NCBI GenBank assembly: GCA_045579165.1
Contig: JAZNLP010000054.1
Span: 1-41,727, forward strand
Reading direction: 5' to 3'
DNA: 41,727 nucleotides
Source: Faecousia sp.
GTDB lineage: Bacteria; Bacillota; Clostridia; Oscillospirales; Oscillospiraceae
Shown here: positions 1 to 11,516 of the stretch, piece by piece
Numbering within the stretch: position 1 is the first letter of the stretch
Layout of the letters: every line of letters begins with the position of its first letter
Position numbers and translations under genes: made by a program
The notes under the pieces: generated by a model
Databases searched by the model: none
What the model was told of the DNA's origin: nothing
Seen by the model: the letters and a program-made list of their open reading frames with translations, nothing else

Positions 1-1
1 C

Positions 2-238
2 GTATGGATTCCATCCCCTCAAAAGCTGATTTTCTCCGGCTTGTGTATTCTGGGCTTGCCCATATTGCTGGTTGGTAAATCACCGCTGTATTTACATAGC
101 GGTTTGTTGTGCGGAACCCAAATGCTGCTGCAGCTCGATCAAAGCCTTTCCGATCTGCTGGCCCCCTTTGGTGCAGTATCTGCTTATAGCTTTGCGATTG
201 CACTTGCAGGACGCTGGAGAAATAAAAAAGGTCTGTAA
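2..238 (+). CDS. C-terminal part of a hydrophobic membrane protein (possibly ABC permease); partial
   Basis: Frame open from window edge (VWIPSPQKLIFSGLCILGLPILLVG...), hydrophobic, followed by a terminator hairpin. Confidence 0.5.
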   Translation, partial: VWIPSPQKLIFSGLCILGLPILLVGKSPLYLHSGLLCGTQMLLQLDQSLSDLLAPFGAVSAYSFAIALAGRWRNKKGL

Positions 239-242
239 AAAC

Positions 243-274
243 AATACCCCCTTGGGCATTGCCAAGGGGGTATT
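243..274. terminator. Hairpin between convergent genes, probable bidirectional terminator
   Basis: AATACCCCCTTGG-gcattg-CCAAGGGGGTATT perfect inverted repeat. Confidence 0.7.
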
Positions 275-354
275 CTACCAACTTGCACAGCCAATAAATG
301 ATGAATTATCAAACTGCGGTGTAGCTATAACTGTATTCTTTTGATTTGTATTGA

Positions 355-879
355 TTACTCCGCTATAGGTTTCGCACTGTTTGCCATTTTGATTATTTCG
401 GCATCAGACAACTTACTTGGCGTGTATTCCAGAACATAAGTAACTTCTGGATTACATGTCCAGCAGAGATAGGCAGTATCATCCTTCTTATAGAGCGCAG
501 CAAACCAGTCCTGAATCATCATTTCCTCGCAGCTGTCCATCATATCAACTGGGAAAAGTGTATTCAGAGCATCGGTATTGACTCCCGTAATGGTATTGGG
601 ATTACCCATGTCTCTGTATGTAGTTTGCAAGACTCTATAATAAATGCTATTGTCACTTTCCGTCTCATGACCATAAACGAGGGTGGCAACGAGTTCTGTT
701 TTGGAGATTTGCTGGATATCTCCGTCCAGTACATCCTCTGCAGCATTTACAATATGCCCCAGATATTCTTCTGGGTCTACCGAGCTGTCTCTCTGTGAAA
801 CACGAGAGCAGATAACCCCAGCTACGGTAGCAGCAAGAGCTAAGACAATAAGTAAGCTTTTCTTCTTGTTCATATTCAT
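355..879 (-). CDS. Hypothetical membrane-anchored/exported protein
   Basis: 174 aa ORF, N-terminal KKK plus hydrophobic stretch, AAGGA RBS. Confidence 0.7.
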   Translation of the reverse strand: MNMNKKKSLLIVLALAATVAGVICSRVSQRDSSVDPEEYLGHIVNAAEDVLDGDIQQISKTELVATLVYGHETESDNSIYYRVLQTTYRDMGNPNTITGVNTDALNTLFPVDMMDSCEEMMIQDWFAALYKKDDTAYLCWTCNPEVTYVLEYTPSKLSDAEIIKMANSAKPIAE

Positions 880-904
880 CCTTCTTTGAAATAGAGTATG
901 ACAA

Positions 905-1378
905 TCACTGAGATGCCTCAGCTAAATTGATGCTGCTGGCGTTTACTTTCTTTGCGTACATCATAGTTTGATAAGCACCACCCGAATTGTGATTTACACA
1001 AAAAACTACCAAATCGGAGCGGTCAACCATGAAGCGGTTCCTTATTTGATGAGCAGATTTGAAATGTTTTTCGGCTGACTCTGAGCATATCTCGATCTCA
1101 TCATAATAATCCAGGAACGATTGCTCATTATTCCGATATTCTGCGGTTGAATAAGGAAGAATCAGAGTGAGTGCGCTGTTGTCATTACGAATTATTCGTT
1201 TAGACCTACGGACAACCGAAGCGACAAGCTGATCGAATTCGCCATCTCGACCGACAAGAAATTCAACGAATTCTTTGGATATGAGGAGTTCCTGGATCAT
1301 CGCTTCTAAGCGGTGCTCAATCATAAAAACATTACTAATTTTTCTGTGACCGAAGAAGCTGACAGTATATTGATCCAT
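905..1378 (-). CDS. SLOG superfamily protein (YpsA/DUF1273-like)
   Basis: N-terminal SFFGHR, VGRDGEFD, RNRFMVDRSD and SGGAYQTMMYAKK motifs; ATG at 1378 with GAAGGAG RBS. Confidence 0.75.
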   Translation of the reverse strand: MDQYTVSFFGHRKISNVFMIEHRLEAMIQELLISKEFVEFLVGRDGEFDQLVASVVRRSKRIIRNDNSALTLILPYSTAEYRNNEQSFLDYYDEIEICSESAEKHFKSAHQIRNRFMVDRSDLVVFCVNHNSGGAYQTMMYAKKVNASSINLAEASQ

Positions 1379-1535
1379 AGCTTTATCTCCTTCAAAAGAT
1401 GGTGATAGAATCGTGAGATATAAGTCTATATTAATAATCCAATTATTAAAAGTCAAAGGATTGAACTAAACATTGAGTTTTGGTCCACTAATATTAAGTT
1501 TTGCTTTATATTTATTGGCAGAAGGAGGAAGCGGA

Positions 1536-1871
1536 ATGGTCGGTGCGCAATATGATGCGTTTACCCGTAACAGGATTACGGAACTGCGAAAACTAAAGAA
1601 TGTCTCTGAGCATAAAATGAGTTTGGATTTAGGCAAAAGTGGATCATACATTCGGGCAATATCCAGCGGCTTGGCGTTGCCATCGCTCAAAGAGTTATTC
1701 AATATTATTGCCTATTTTGACATGACTCCGGCAGAGTTCTTTGCTCCACTGGATGATGAAGATACCCTATATAGAGGAATATGTGTAAAAATGCGAATGT
1801 TTCGTCAGGAAGATTTGGAAATGGTCAGCACCTTAATTAGTTGGATTGAAGAGAGGAACAGTAAGCAGTGA
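1536..1871 (+). CDS. XRE-family HTH transcriptional regulator
   Basis: RITELRKLKNVSEHKMSLDLGKSGSYIRAISSGLALPS HTH; AAGGAGG RBS; last codons and stop lie inside the IS66 left end. Confidence 0.8.
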   Translation: MVGAQYDAFTRNRITELRKLKNVSEHKMSLDLGKSGSYIRAISSGLALPSLKELFNIIAYFDMTPAEFFAPLDDEDTLYRGICVKMRMFRQEDLEMVSTLISWIEERNSKQ

Positions 1872-1973
1872 ATAACCACCCGCCTAGCATTTGACCACTG
1901 GAGATGAGACAATATCCCAAAACTCGAAAAACTCACCGTGCGTTTTTCGAGAAGTCCAAGGGAGTGGTTAGAG

Positions 1974-2294
1974 ATGGCAGATTTGCTCGCAGTGCGTGAC
2001 GAGTATCGGGCGCAGAAGTGGGCGATGGTGGTACAGGAGTGTGCGGCCAGTGGGCTTAGCAACTGGGAGTTTTGCCGGCAGCGGGGCATTGCGGAAAAGA
2101 GCTTCTACTACTGGAAGCGCAAGCTGCGGTCCCAGATTGTGGAGTCGCCGTCGCCGCAGTTGGTCCAGCTTGGGCCTCCTGTTGTGTCGGATGAGCAGCT
2201 TTGCATTCAGTACCGGGGTGCGGAGCTGAAGCTGCCCACCAGTGTGGACATGGATGCGGTGGCAGCAATCCTGCGCTCTCTTCAATCGCTATGA
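1974..2294 (+). CDS. tnpA: IS66 accessory protein TnpA
   Basis: W..VVQECAASGLS..EFCRQRGI...SFYYWKRKLR motif; ATGA overlap with tnpB. Confidence 0.8.
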   Translation: MADLLAVRDEYRAQKWAMVVQECAASGLSNWEFCRQRGIAEKSFYYWKRKLRSQIVESPSPQLVQLGPPVVSDEQLCIQYRGAELKLPTSVDMDAVAAILRSLQSL

Positions 2295-3065
2295 TCGATC
2301 TGCGCAAGGTCCGAAATTTTTGTGGCCTGTGGCCGCACAGATCTCAGGCTGGGTATTGATGGTCTGGCAGCAATCGTGACCCAGCGGTTCGGCGGGCATC
2401 TGGATGAGGAAAGTCTGCGGCCGCAGGACTGATCGGATCAAGACACTGTACTGGTCCAGTGACGGATATATCCTGCTTTATAAGCGGCTATCCAACACTC
2501 TCCGAAGAGGAGATCCTGCTGGAGTTGCCGGAGGACCAGCGCATCTGCGGCAAGTGCGGCGGTATGTTCCGTCCCATTGGCAAGAAGTTTGTCCGCCATG
2601 AGATGCAGATCATTCCCCGGCAGACAAAGCTGCTGGCCTATTACACCATGACCTATGCCTGCGACCACTACGAAAAGGAAACCGGCTTTGCCCACATCGC
2701 CAATGTGAAGCCTCCCGTTCCCCTCATAAAGCACAGCCTGGCCTCCCCTTCCTCCGTGGCAGATATTATGGAGAAGAAGTGCGCCGATTTCCAACAATCT
2801 TGCGGAGAACGCCATCCGGCCCTTTGCCGTGGGTCGAAAGAACGGGCTCTTCTGCGATACCACAAAGGGCGCGGAAGCCAGTGCGATTGTTTACTCGATC
2901 GTGGAAACCGCAAAGGCAAATGGGATCGATCCGTACAACTACCTGCTGTCGGTGCTGCCGTACTACGGCAAGTCTCTGGCCCACGAACTGCTGGAATCCC
3001 AGATGCCCTGGGGCAGCGAGGTGCAGAGCAGATACCGCAACACAGTAAAGGTCGCAACAGAATAA
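2291..3065 (+). pseudogene. Frameshifted/deleted IS66 tnpB and tnpC remnants
   Basis: TnpB pieces ACGRTDLRLGIDGLAAIV and RIKTLYWSSDGYILLYKRL; TnpC Zn finger CGKCGG and C-terminal ISNNLAENAIRPFAVGRKN...SIVETAKANGIDPYNYL, in different frames; DDE core absent. Confidence 0.85.
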
Positions 3066-3169
3066 ACATAACCACCAACGGCGGGGTCCATTATGGACCC
3101 CGCCGCAAGTGTTTGTCAAGGTGTACGGTTGTTGAGCGCTTACTAAGTGTCAATTCTGGGTCTAAAAAA

Positions 3170-3202
3170 CACACCGGACGACCATCTGCGGCAGTCCGGT
3201 GT
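3170..3202. terminator. Hairpin, probable terminator of the minus-strand AT-rich operon
   Basis: ACACCGGAC...GTCCGGTGT with an A-run on the left side. Confidence 0.5.
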
Positions 3203-3319
3203 TTCAAAGTCAGTTAATATCCACTTTTTGTGGCAGCATCAAGGAACTCGTCCACGGCATCCGAGATCGCATCCTGAAAACTGTCATCCGGTATCCAGGG
3301 ACAGGCAGAATAGGTGCGT

Positions 3320-3865
3320 TCAATCTTGACTTTCGTTTTTAGGATTAACGTAAGGAGAATATCCTAATGCAAGAGCTATGGTTTCCACTAGCAAAATCAT
3401 GGCTTCTTTGCTGATATCGCGATAGGTAAATGAATAAATCAACTCATAAATGTACTGCTTAGTAAAAAAATGGTTGATTTTGTCTAAGGTATTATGATTG
3501 CCGTTAGCCAAGGATCGAAGCTTTTTGATTAAGTAATAGAGTGCAAACTTTTCATTTAACGACTCGAATTCAATCTCTTCGTCTTCAGAAAGATTACTTT
3601 TTTTGCAATATAGTGGCTGAGTCTTTATTATCCAAAAGCAATACAGTGCTAGTTCCTTGAAATCAGAAATATCCAAATGATGGAAGTATGCAAAGTACTT
3701 CTTTCTTTGATCCACTTTTGTAACAATTTGGAACACCTTTGTGGCAACAACATCAATATCATCCTGGCAATATCCGTTGCTTTCGATGAAGCTTGCAGCA
3801 ACATTCCGAAAGTAGTTTATTTCAGTGTTCCACTGTACAGATGATAAAGGCTTATAGTGTTCCAT
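3320..3865 (-). CDS. Hypothetical protein (AT-rich cargo)
   Basis: ATG at 3865 preceded by GGAGG; overlaps the end of the upstream gene. Confidence 0.75.
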   Translation of the reverse strand: MEHYKPLSSVQWNTEINYFRNVAASFIESNGYCQDDIDVVATKVFQIVTKVDQRKKYFAYFHHLDISDFKELALYCFWIIKTQPLYCKKSNLSEDEEIEFESLNEKFALYYLIKKLRSLANGNHNTLDKINHFFTKQYIYELIYSFTYRDISKEAMILLVETIALALGYSPYVNPKNESQD

Positions 3866-4196
3866 TGGAATCCTCCGCAAAATTGTCTATAACAAAAGAC
3901 CGTATAACCATTAAATTACATTCAGGCAATTCTGGATCGTGAGATTTTGCTATTTCGTTCAAAATACCATCGTGGAATGATTCATGCTCAGGACGGGCAG
4001 GCCCGTTTTTGCAAGAAAAAGAGGTATTGACTTTTACTGCATTACGCACTGAGAAATTTACAAGCATTTTAGCAGTAATGTTGTTTCTTAATGTATGCTT
4101 GTCAGAGGAAATTAAACGGGTTGAGTAGTTAATAAATTTTGCAAGCAATACCACAAGAGCAAGGATAAAAACGGATATAATAATAGTTAATTTCAT
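3852..4196 (-). CDS. Hypothetical protein with N-terminal TM helix
   Basis: 114 aa, start immediately follows the stop of the upstream gene. Confidence 0.65.
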   Translation of the reverse strand: MKLTIIISVFILALVVLLAKFINYSTRLISSDKHTLRNNITAKMLVNFSVRNAVKVNTSFSCKNGPARPEHESFHDGILNEIAKSHDPELPECNLMVIRSFVIDNFAEDSNGTL

Positions 4197-4745
4197 TTAC
4201 TTATATACCTCCACGCTGACATCTTTTAAGAAATCTTCTTGCTCACCGTTTTGAATGTCGGGGGGTTTGATGAGATAGAAGAGAGCTAAATCTGCGATGT
4301 AGATTACAACGGGAATAAAACATACAATAAAGGTGGTTTGGACAGAGAATTTACTAGGTTTGAAAACATGGAAAAGTCCGCGGATCATAGCGAAAGCACC
4401 GCAACTGAATACAGAACCGACAACTAACTTTTTCAATAAGGGCTTCTTCGGATCTAAAAGCATACACACTTCAATCATAAGCGATATGCCGTACATCACG
4501 ACTGATCCACCAAATGCAAGATGTGTCTGATCGGTGTCAAGTGTGGAAATACTATCTCCAAAATAAAAAAGGATGGAGAAAGTGAATGATAGGAGGATAA
4601 GCATTGCTTTAATTGTAGTTTCGAGAAAAGTAGAATAAATATGCAGACCATATATTTTCTCGCGGAGAAAGGAGCCGACATGTTTGACCAAGTTTCTAAA
4701 CTTGGTTCTATCGAAGTGTAAACACTTACACAATAATATCACCAC
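4197..4745 (-). CDS. Hypothetical multi-pass (about 4 TM) membrane protein; start uncertain
   Basis: Four hydrophobic segments; first gene of a coupled three-gene unit. Confidence 0.65.
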   Translation of the reverse strand: MVILLCKCLHFDRTKFRNLVKHVGSFLREKIYGLHIYSTFLETTIKAMLILLSFTFSILFYFGDSISTLDTDQTHLAFGGSVVMYGISLMIEVCMLLDPKKPLLKKLVVGSVFSCGAFAMIRGLFHVFKPSKFSVQTTFIVCFIPVVIYIADLALFYLIKPPDIQNGEQEDFLKDVSVEVYK

Positions 4746-4807
4746 ACAAACATCGAAAAGAAGTTTTTTCTGTCAAAGAAAAGTGACAGCATTCACACAT
4801 TTCCTTT

Positions 4808-4835
4808 ATTATAATACGTAATCTGTCGAAGTCAA
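4808..4835 (-). promoter_or_regulatory. SigmaA-type promoter for the AT-rich operon
   Basis: TTGACT-16 nt-TATAAT on the minus strand. Confidence 0.55.
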
Positions 4836-5770
4836 GAAAAATTAAGAAAAGTGTGATGCCCTCAATAAACCGAGGGAATGACAAATTATCTAATATGCAC
4901 TAAATCTGTTCGGTGTGTTGACATGATCCCTTATGCTCGCATGGAGCAAACCGGTCTGACAGTGTTGACTCTATTTATGAACTAGGGAAGGTGTCACTTC
5001 TGGGTGAAACATTGAATGCTCTGTTTGGTCCTGTACTGCGAATAGTGAGCAGTCACAATTGAGATATTTGTGGGAAACAATGAGTAGCACATCGGCTCTT
5101 TTGATCTGTTGTATAGACTGCTGCTCCCTTAGTCTTGTGGAATCTCGCATGGAATACTTCGCCGATATTCTCAACGGCGAGGGCTCCGCATGATTGACAA
5201 ATTGCACGGTAATACCATCGCTCCCGTCAGTGTTAACCGATGCACATTTGTTCCATGAGAACTTTTACGATTATATCGATACTTTTGGTTAGAAAAGCAA
5301 AAATGATAAAATGTGCACCAGTAATATTGCAGCACGGGTGGATTTGAGGTGCGATGTCTGACAGTTATGAATTCAGTTTGAGATACTTCCTAACAAGGCC
5401 GCTAAGTTGAACAGTTAGCTCTACACTATTCACCAGTTTTTATTTCCCATCGTATTCACTCCTTTCGCCTTTCATAGATACAGTATATTGGGAAATCCGT
5501 CCTATAATCGGGACTAATTCTGGAACAATCAACGAACACAATATTATTCGCCATATTGCTATCTTAATATCGTGGTTTTCGGAGAAATCGATGCTAATCT
5601 TGTTGACTTGTAGAGTTCTCCAGAAATGGTCTACAGTTATGACCTTGTCAACAATACAGGGCTATTGTTGTATAAGCGCACAATGCATCTCGTAGCTGAG
5701 TTCCACCCCACAAGCACCACTAAATTCCAACAGACCGCATATGCAATGCTGCAGTTGGTGATTCTGCAAC

Positions 5771-5830
5771 TTAGGCGGCTTTCATGCCCAGGTCATAGTG
5801 TTTGATAACGATGTCCGTGTAAGCGAACAT
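5771..5830 (-). CDS. Candidate 19-aa small peptide MFAYTDIVIKHYDLGMKAA
   Basis: GGAGG 7 nt before ATG; hairpin GTTGCAG...CTGCAGC just after the stop; below the ORF-track size cutoff. Confidence 0.35.
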   Translation of the reverse strand: MFAYTDIVIKHYDLGMKAA

Positions 5831-6192
5831 ATGTTATCCTCCATTACAATGTAAGGGCAGAATAATACTATGAGAGGTAGCACAACCAACAATAACTGTA
5901 TAGTCTATGTGCTATGCGTTTTCATTCTGTTCCTCATAAAACATGGCAGTTGTCCAGGTTCTGAAGTAATTCGGCAAGTTGGCTTCCTCAAAATTCCGGA
6001 TGAGGGTATATACCAGCGAAGCGAGGAGCCTTATTACATACAACACCGCTTGTTCATAGAGGGGTAGAGTGGGAATCAGCACCGAATAAATCATTGAAAA
6101 CATTAACAACCACTGCAGATAAGCATCCTGAGGCTGGGCTTAGGTGAAACAGTTACAATGGGTACGATCTTCATAAGATTTCCTTTGAAGGG

Positions 6193-6313
6193 TTGACTAA
6201 CGCTGATAATGATGATATTATACTACCAATACAGTATCCGAGTTTTGCGCAAGCAAACACAGTATCCGAGTTCTCACATGCCCGAAGTCTTTATGTCTTC
6301 GGGCATTTTTGTT
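6193..6313 (+). promoter_or_regulatory. Repeated leader cassette copy 1 (promoter, 2x ACAGTATCCGAGTT, GNRA hairpin, terminator)
   Basis: TTGACT 6193, TGnTATTAT (-10 at 6216), repeats at 6231 and 6259, TTTGC-GCAA-GCAAA, terminator ATGCCCGAAG/CTTCGGGCAT plus T tract. Confidence 0.85.
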
Positions 6314-6416
6314 CTTCTGCATCTTCGAATAGATGCACATTACTTGGTACTCTGGAAGGGGAAATCCCTCCGGGTATATGTCAACTAAATATGATGACCA
6401 CACCGTCATTGTAAGT

Positions 6417-6464
6417 AAAGCGTCCACTATGAATCCTCTTGATTCTGGTGGGCGCTTTTTTATA
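6417..6464 (+). terminator. Second intrinsic terminator in the leader of the first operon
   Basis: AAAGCGTCCAC...GTGGGCGCTTT followed by T tract. Confidence 0.6.
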
Positions 6465-6557
6465 TAGATCGGAGCTTGTAAGGCTCCCCCAACCTTCATT
6501 CCGGGGAGTCCTTTGGACTCCCCGTTATATAGACATCGACCAACGAGGAGTGATCTA

Positions 6558-7976
6558 ATGCAAAAACACCTGAGCCTAATTCAAGATGTGCGTGGGTGTA
6601 TGACTCGGTTTGATCCACTGACCCCAGAAATCGTTGCAGCTCAGTCTGAAGATGGTCTGACATATGATGAGCTGAAGCAGGTTCTTGAGGAATGCGGGAT
6701 GAACATCGAAAAGGTGGTATTTGACGGCACCAGAACCTTTCAGAATGCCTTCTATGCCGACTTTGAGCAGGGACATTACTGCTGGATTCCATTCCAGAGG
6801 GCGAACCTCAGGTCCATTATCAGTACCATGAACCAGCAGTTCCGGGTTCCAGGCCTTGACAGAGCGAGACAGAATCGGGATTGGTCTGCCTTCTACATGA
6901 TGGAGGTACCGCTTCCCATGCAGATCTATGACTTCCAGCGGCGTTATCGGGACATTGATCCCGACCAGGTTTTCTCGGTCTGGAGTTCTATCCATACCCA
7001 TCTCGATTACGCCAACGGCATGTGGCAGCCTGAGGTGCTGGAGTATGTATTCTCTCATGCGCCCCGGACGGAAATGCCCGAAGCTGATGAAGATGGTCTG
7101 ATCACCATATACCGTGGTATGGGTGAGAAGTCACAGTCGGCAGAAACCTCACTGTCGTGGTCATCGAGTCCTGTCTGCGCGCTATGGTTTGCCAATCGAA
7201 GTGCCCGTGGTACCAGACTGGTTTCAGCCAGGGTCAAACCTGAGCAGATCCTGGCGTACAATGCGGGCCATCGAGGCGAGCATGAGGTGATCCTTAGACC
7301 CGGTACGAAACTGGAAATCCAGGAAGCCGACATGATTCCATCCACTGAGGACCATGTGCCGCAGCTCCTGGTACCAGTCACACTGGATTTCTTCCGGTAT
7401 GGTGCCATTGCAGTCAATCTGGGATACCCGGTCGAGGGCCTGTTCTCCTGGCATGGCGTCAAGCACATTCTGCGGGTACTACTGCTTACCCTAATTTACT
7501 GCCACTATTCCGGAAGTAATCTTTCCGAGGAGGACAAGCTGATCCTGATCTACTTCAGTCTGCTTCACGACATTGGCCGTGACTCCGAAGATGAGGACGA
7601 CTCGCATGGTGACAAGAGTGTGGAACTGATTCGCAAGAAGAATATCCGACTGAAGGGCATCCAGCTCTCCAAGAAGGGGTATCGGATTGCGAAGCTTCTG
7701 ATCCGGCACCATTGCCGCAGTGATGAAGTCGGCCTGGAGAGGATTACTAAAGTGCCAAACTTCTCGGCTCAAGATGCCAGACGAGCTGCAAAGCTGTACC
7801 GCATCGCCAAGGATATGGATGGCCTGGATCGGGTTCGATTCAATGGTCTGGATTTCCGGTACCTGAGAACACCCTATGCCCGCCGCCTGCCTTTGGTTGC
7901 TGGCGGCCTGCTGGAGGAGCCGCTTCTGGAGTGCATCAAGGAATCTATGGCAGAAGCCAGGGAGGTACCGCAATGA
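6558..7976 (+). CDS. ADP-ribosyltransferase-like domain fused to C-terminal HD phosphohydrolase
   Basis: IYRG...LSWS...ALWFA...EHEV (R-S-E ART pattern); HGVKH...LLHDIGR...H...HH...KDMDGLDRVR (HD domain); GAGGAG RBS. Confidence 0.7.
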   Translation: MQKHLSLIQDVRGCMTRFDPLTPEIVAAQSEDGLTYDELKQVLEECGMNIEKVVFDGTRTFQNAFYADFEQGHYCWIPFQRANLRSIISTMNQQFRVPGLDRARQNRDWSAFYMMEVPLPMQIYDFQRRYRDIDPDQVFSVWSSIHTHLDYANGMWQPEVLEYVFSHAPRTEMPEADEDGLITIYRGMGEKSQSAETSLSWSSSPVCALWFANRSARGTRLVSARVKPEQILAYNAGHRGEHEVILRPGTKLEIQEADMIPSTEDHVPQLLVPVTLDFFRYGAIAVNLGYPVEGLFSWHGVKHILRVLLLTLIYCHYSGSNLSEEDKLILIYFSLLHDIGRDSEDEDDSHGDKSVELIRKKNIRLKGIQLSKKGYRIAKLLIRHHCRSDEVGLERITKVPNFSAQDARRAAKLYRIAKDMDGLDRVRFNGLDFRYLRTPYARRLPLVAGGLLEEPLLECIKESMAEAREVPQ

Positions 7977-8204
7977 AAGAGTGGTCTATCCCGGTCAGCT
8001 GGGAAGTTTGCGGCATGGTGAAGATCAAGGCGAACACCCTTGAGGAAGCGATCCATACCGCAATACACGATGACTCCATCGATCTTCCCTATGGCGAGTA
8101 TGTCGACGGTTCCTTTGATGTCACCGTTGACGACGATGAACTCATCAGAGAGGCTTACAACGCAGGGCAGGAGGATGACATTCCCGACGACGAAGGTGAC
8201 TGCA

Positions 8205-8215
<11 letters not shown>
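7973..8215 (+). CDS. Small, very acidic hypothetical protein
   Basis: GGAGGT RBS, ATGA overlap; 80 aa, D/E-rich; VKIKANTLEEAI reminiscent of DpnD/PcfM-like proteins. Confidence 0.7.
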
Positions 8216-10701
<2,486 letters not shown>

Positions 10702-10712
10702 AGAGGTGCGTC

Positions 10713-11231
10713 GTGGACGAAATCTCTTTACAGCGAGCCAGGAAAGCCTACGAACGGTTCAAACTCCAGTGGATGATCGACCACGACTTTACCCTTGCCG
10801 ATCTCATTGCCTGCATGGAAGACATGGTCTGTGAGGATTTGTCTGGTTCTGAAGTCCGCACAAGCCTCCAGTCTCTTTTTGCGGACTGGGAGTACGGTGT
10901 GGGCTTTGCAGGCGGATCCGTCTGGCCCTGCTTTGAGGAGTATCTACAATCCGATGTCAGCAGCAAGAATGGCGCAGAACGGTACTTGCTTATCTCGGTC
11001 TATGAGCGAGACATTGTGACAGAACCGTTTACCACCTTGCAGGCAGCGCGTAATCAGATGCTTAGTGAGCTGAAGAAAGAGTTCTGTAAGGACAATGCAG
11101 AGGACGACTGGGATGAACTGGCTGAATTGCAGGAGTATGATTGCGATGATTTCAGTTTTTCAGAGAAAGCTGCATGGTCGAATCTGGATGATGATTGTAA
11201 CTGCGACTGGCTGATCGTCGAAATCTCTTAG
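10713..11231 (+). CDS. Acidic hypothetical protein
   Basis: GTG start with GAGGTG RBS, 172 aa. Confidence 0.7.
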   Translation: MDEISLQRARKAYERFKLQWMIDHDFTLADLIACMEDMVCEDLSGSEVRTSLQSLFADWEYGVGFAGGSVWPCFEEYLQSDVSSKNGAERYLLISVYERDIVTEPFTTLQAARNQMLSELKKEFCKDNAEDDWDELAELQEYDCDDFSFSEKAAWSNLDDDCNCDWLIVEIS

Positions 11232-11244
11232 ACACCATAAACAG

Positions 11245-11275
11245 ACCGGAGCAGGTTTCACTGCTCCGGTTATTC
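11245..11275 (+). terminator. Intra-operon hairpin
   Basis: ACCGGAGCAG-gtttca-CTGCTCCGGT, weak T tail. Confidence 0.5.
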
Positions 11276-11291
11276 ATAAGGAGTGTGAATT

Positions 11292-11516
11292 ATGAAAAAG
11301 TGCGTTGAAATCTGCGGTACCATTGAGGTTCCGTTGGAGAAGGGCTGCGCTGCATTTATAAGAAAGGTAGGCGAAGAACCCTTCAGGACCTCTACCGTAA
11401 AACACTTTATCACCATGCCCTCCGGCCTGACCTATATTCAGACCGAAAATACCCATTACTACCTGCATCCGCCCACCAGAGTCGCTGCTGCAAAGGGGGT
11501 CGGGTATGAAACCTAA
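11292..11516 (+). CDS. Small hypothetical protein
   Basis: AAGGAG RBS, 74 aa. Confidence 0.65.
   Translation: MKKCVEICGTIEVPLEKGCAAFIRKVGEEPFRTSTVKHFITMPSGLTYIQTENTHYYLHPPTRVAAAKGVGYET

Larger units (their letters stand above)
1861..3143 (+). mobile_element. Internally deleted IS66-family element
   Basis: Ends GTAAGCagtgAATAACC and (reverse complement) GTAAGCgctcAACAACC; tnpA intact, tnpB and tnpC only as fused fragments; 1283 bp. Confidence 0.85.

Noticed and set aside
2459-3217. 252-aa ORF as an intact transposase
   Set aside because: Only part matches TnpC; the rest is out of frame and the DDE core is deleted
5771-5800. tmRNA fragment, or the missing spoVT 5' end (ATGAAAGCC)
   Set aside because: No tRNA-like ends seen; it reads MKAA-stop on the wrong strand, not MKATGIVR
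6231-6272. Repeat-spacer-repeat pattern read as a mini CRISPR array
   Set aside because: Repeats are only 14 nt, the 14-nt spacer is essentially the same in all three copies, and no cas genes are present
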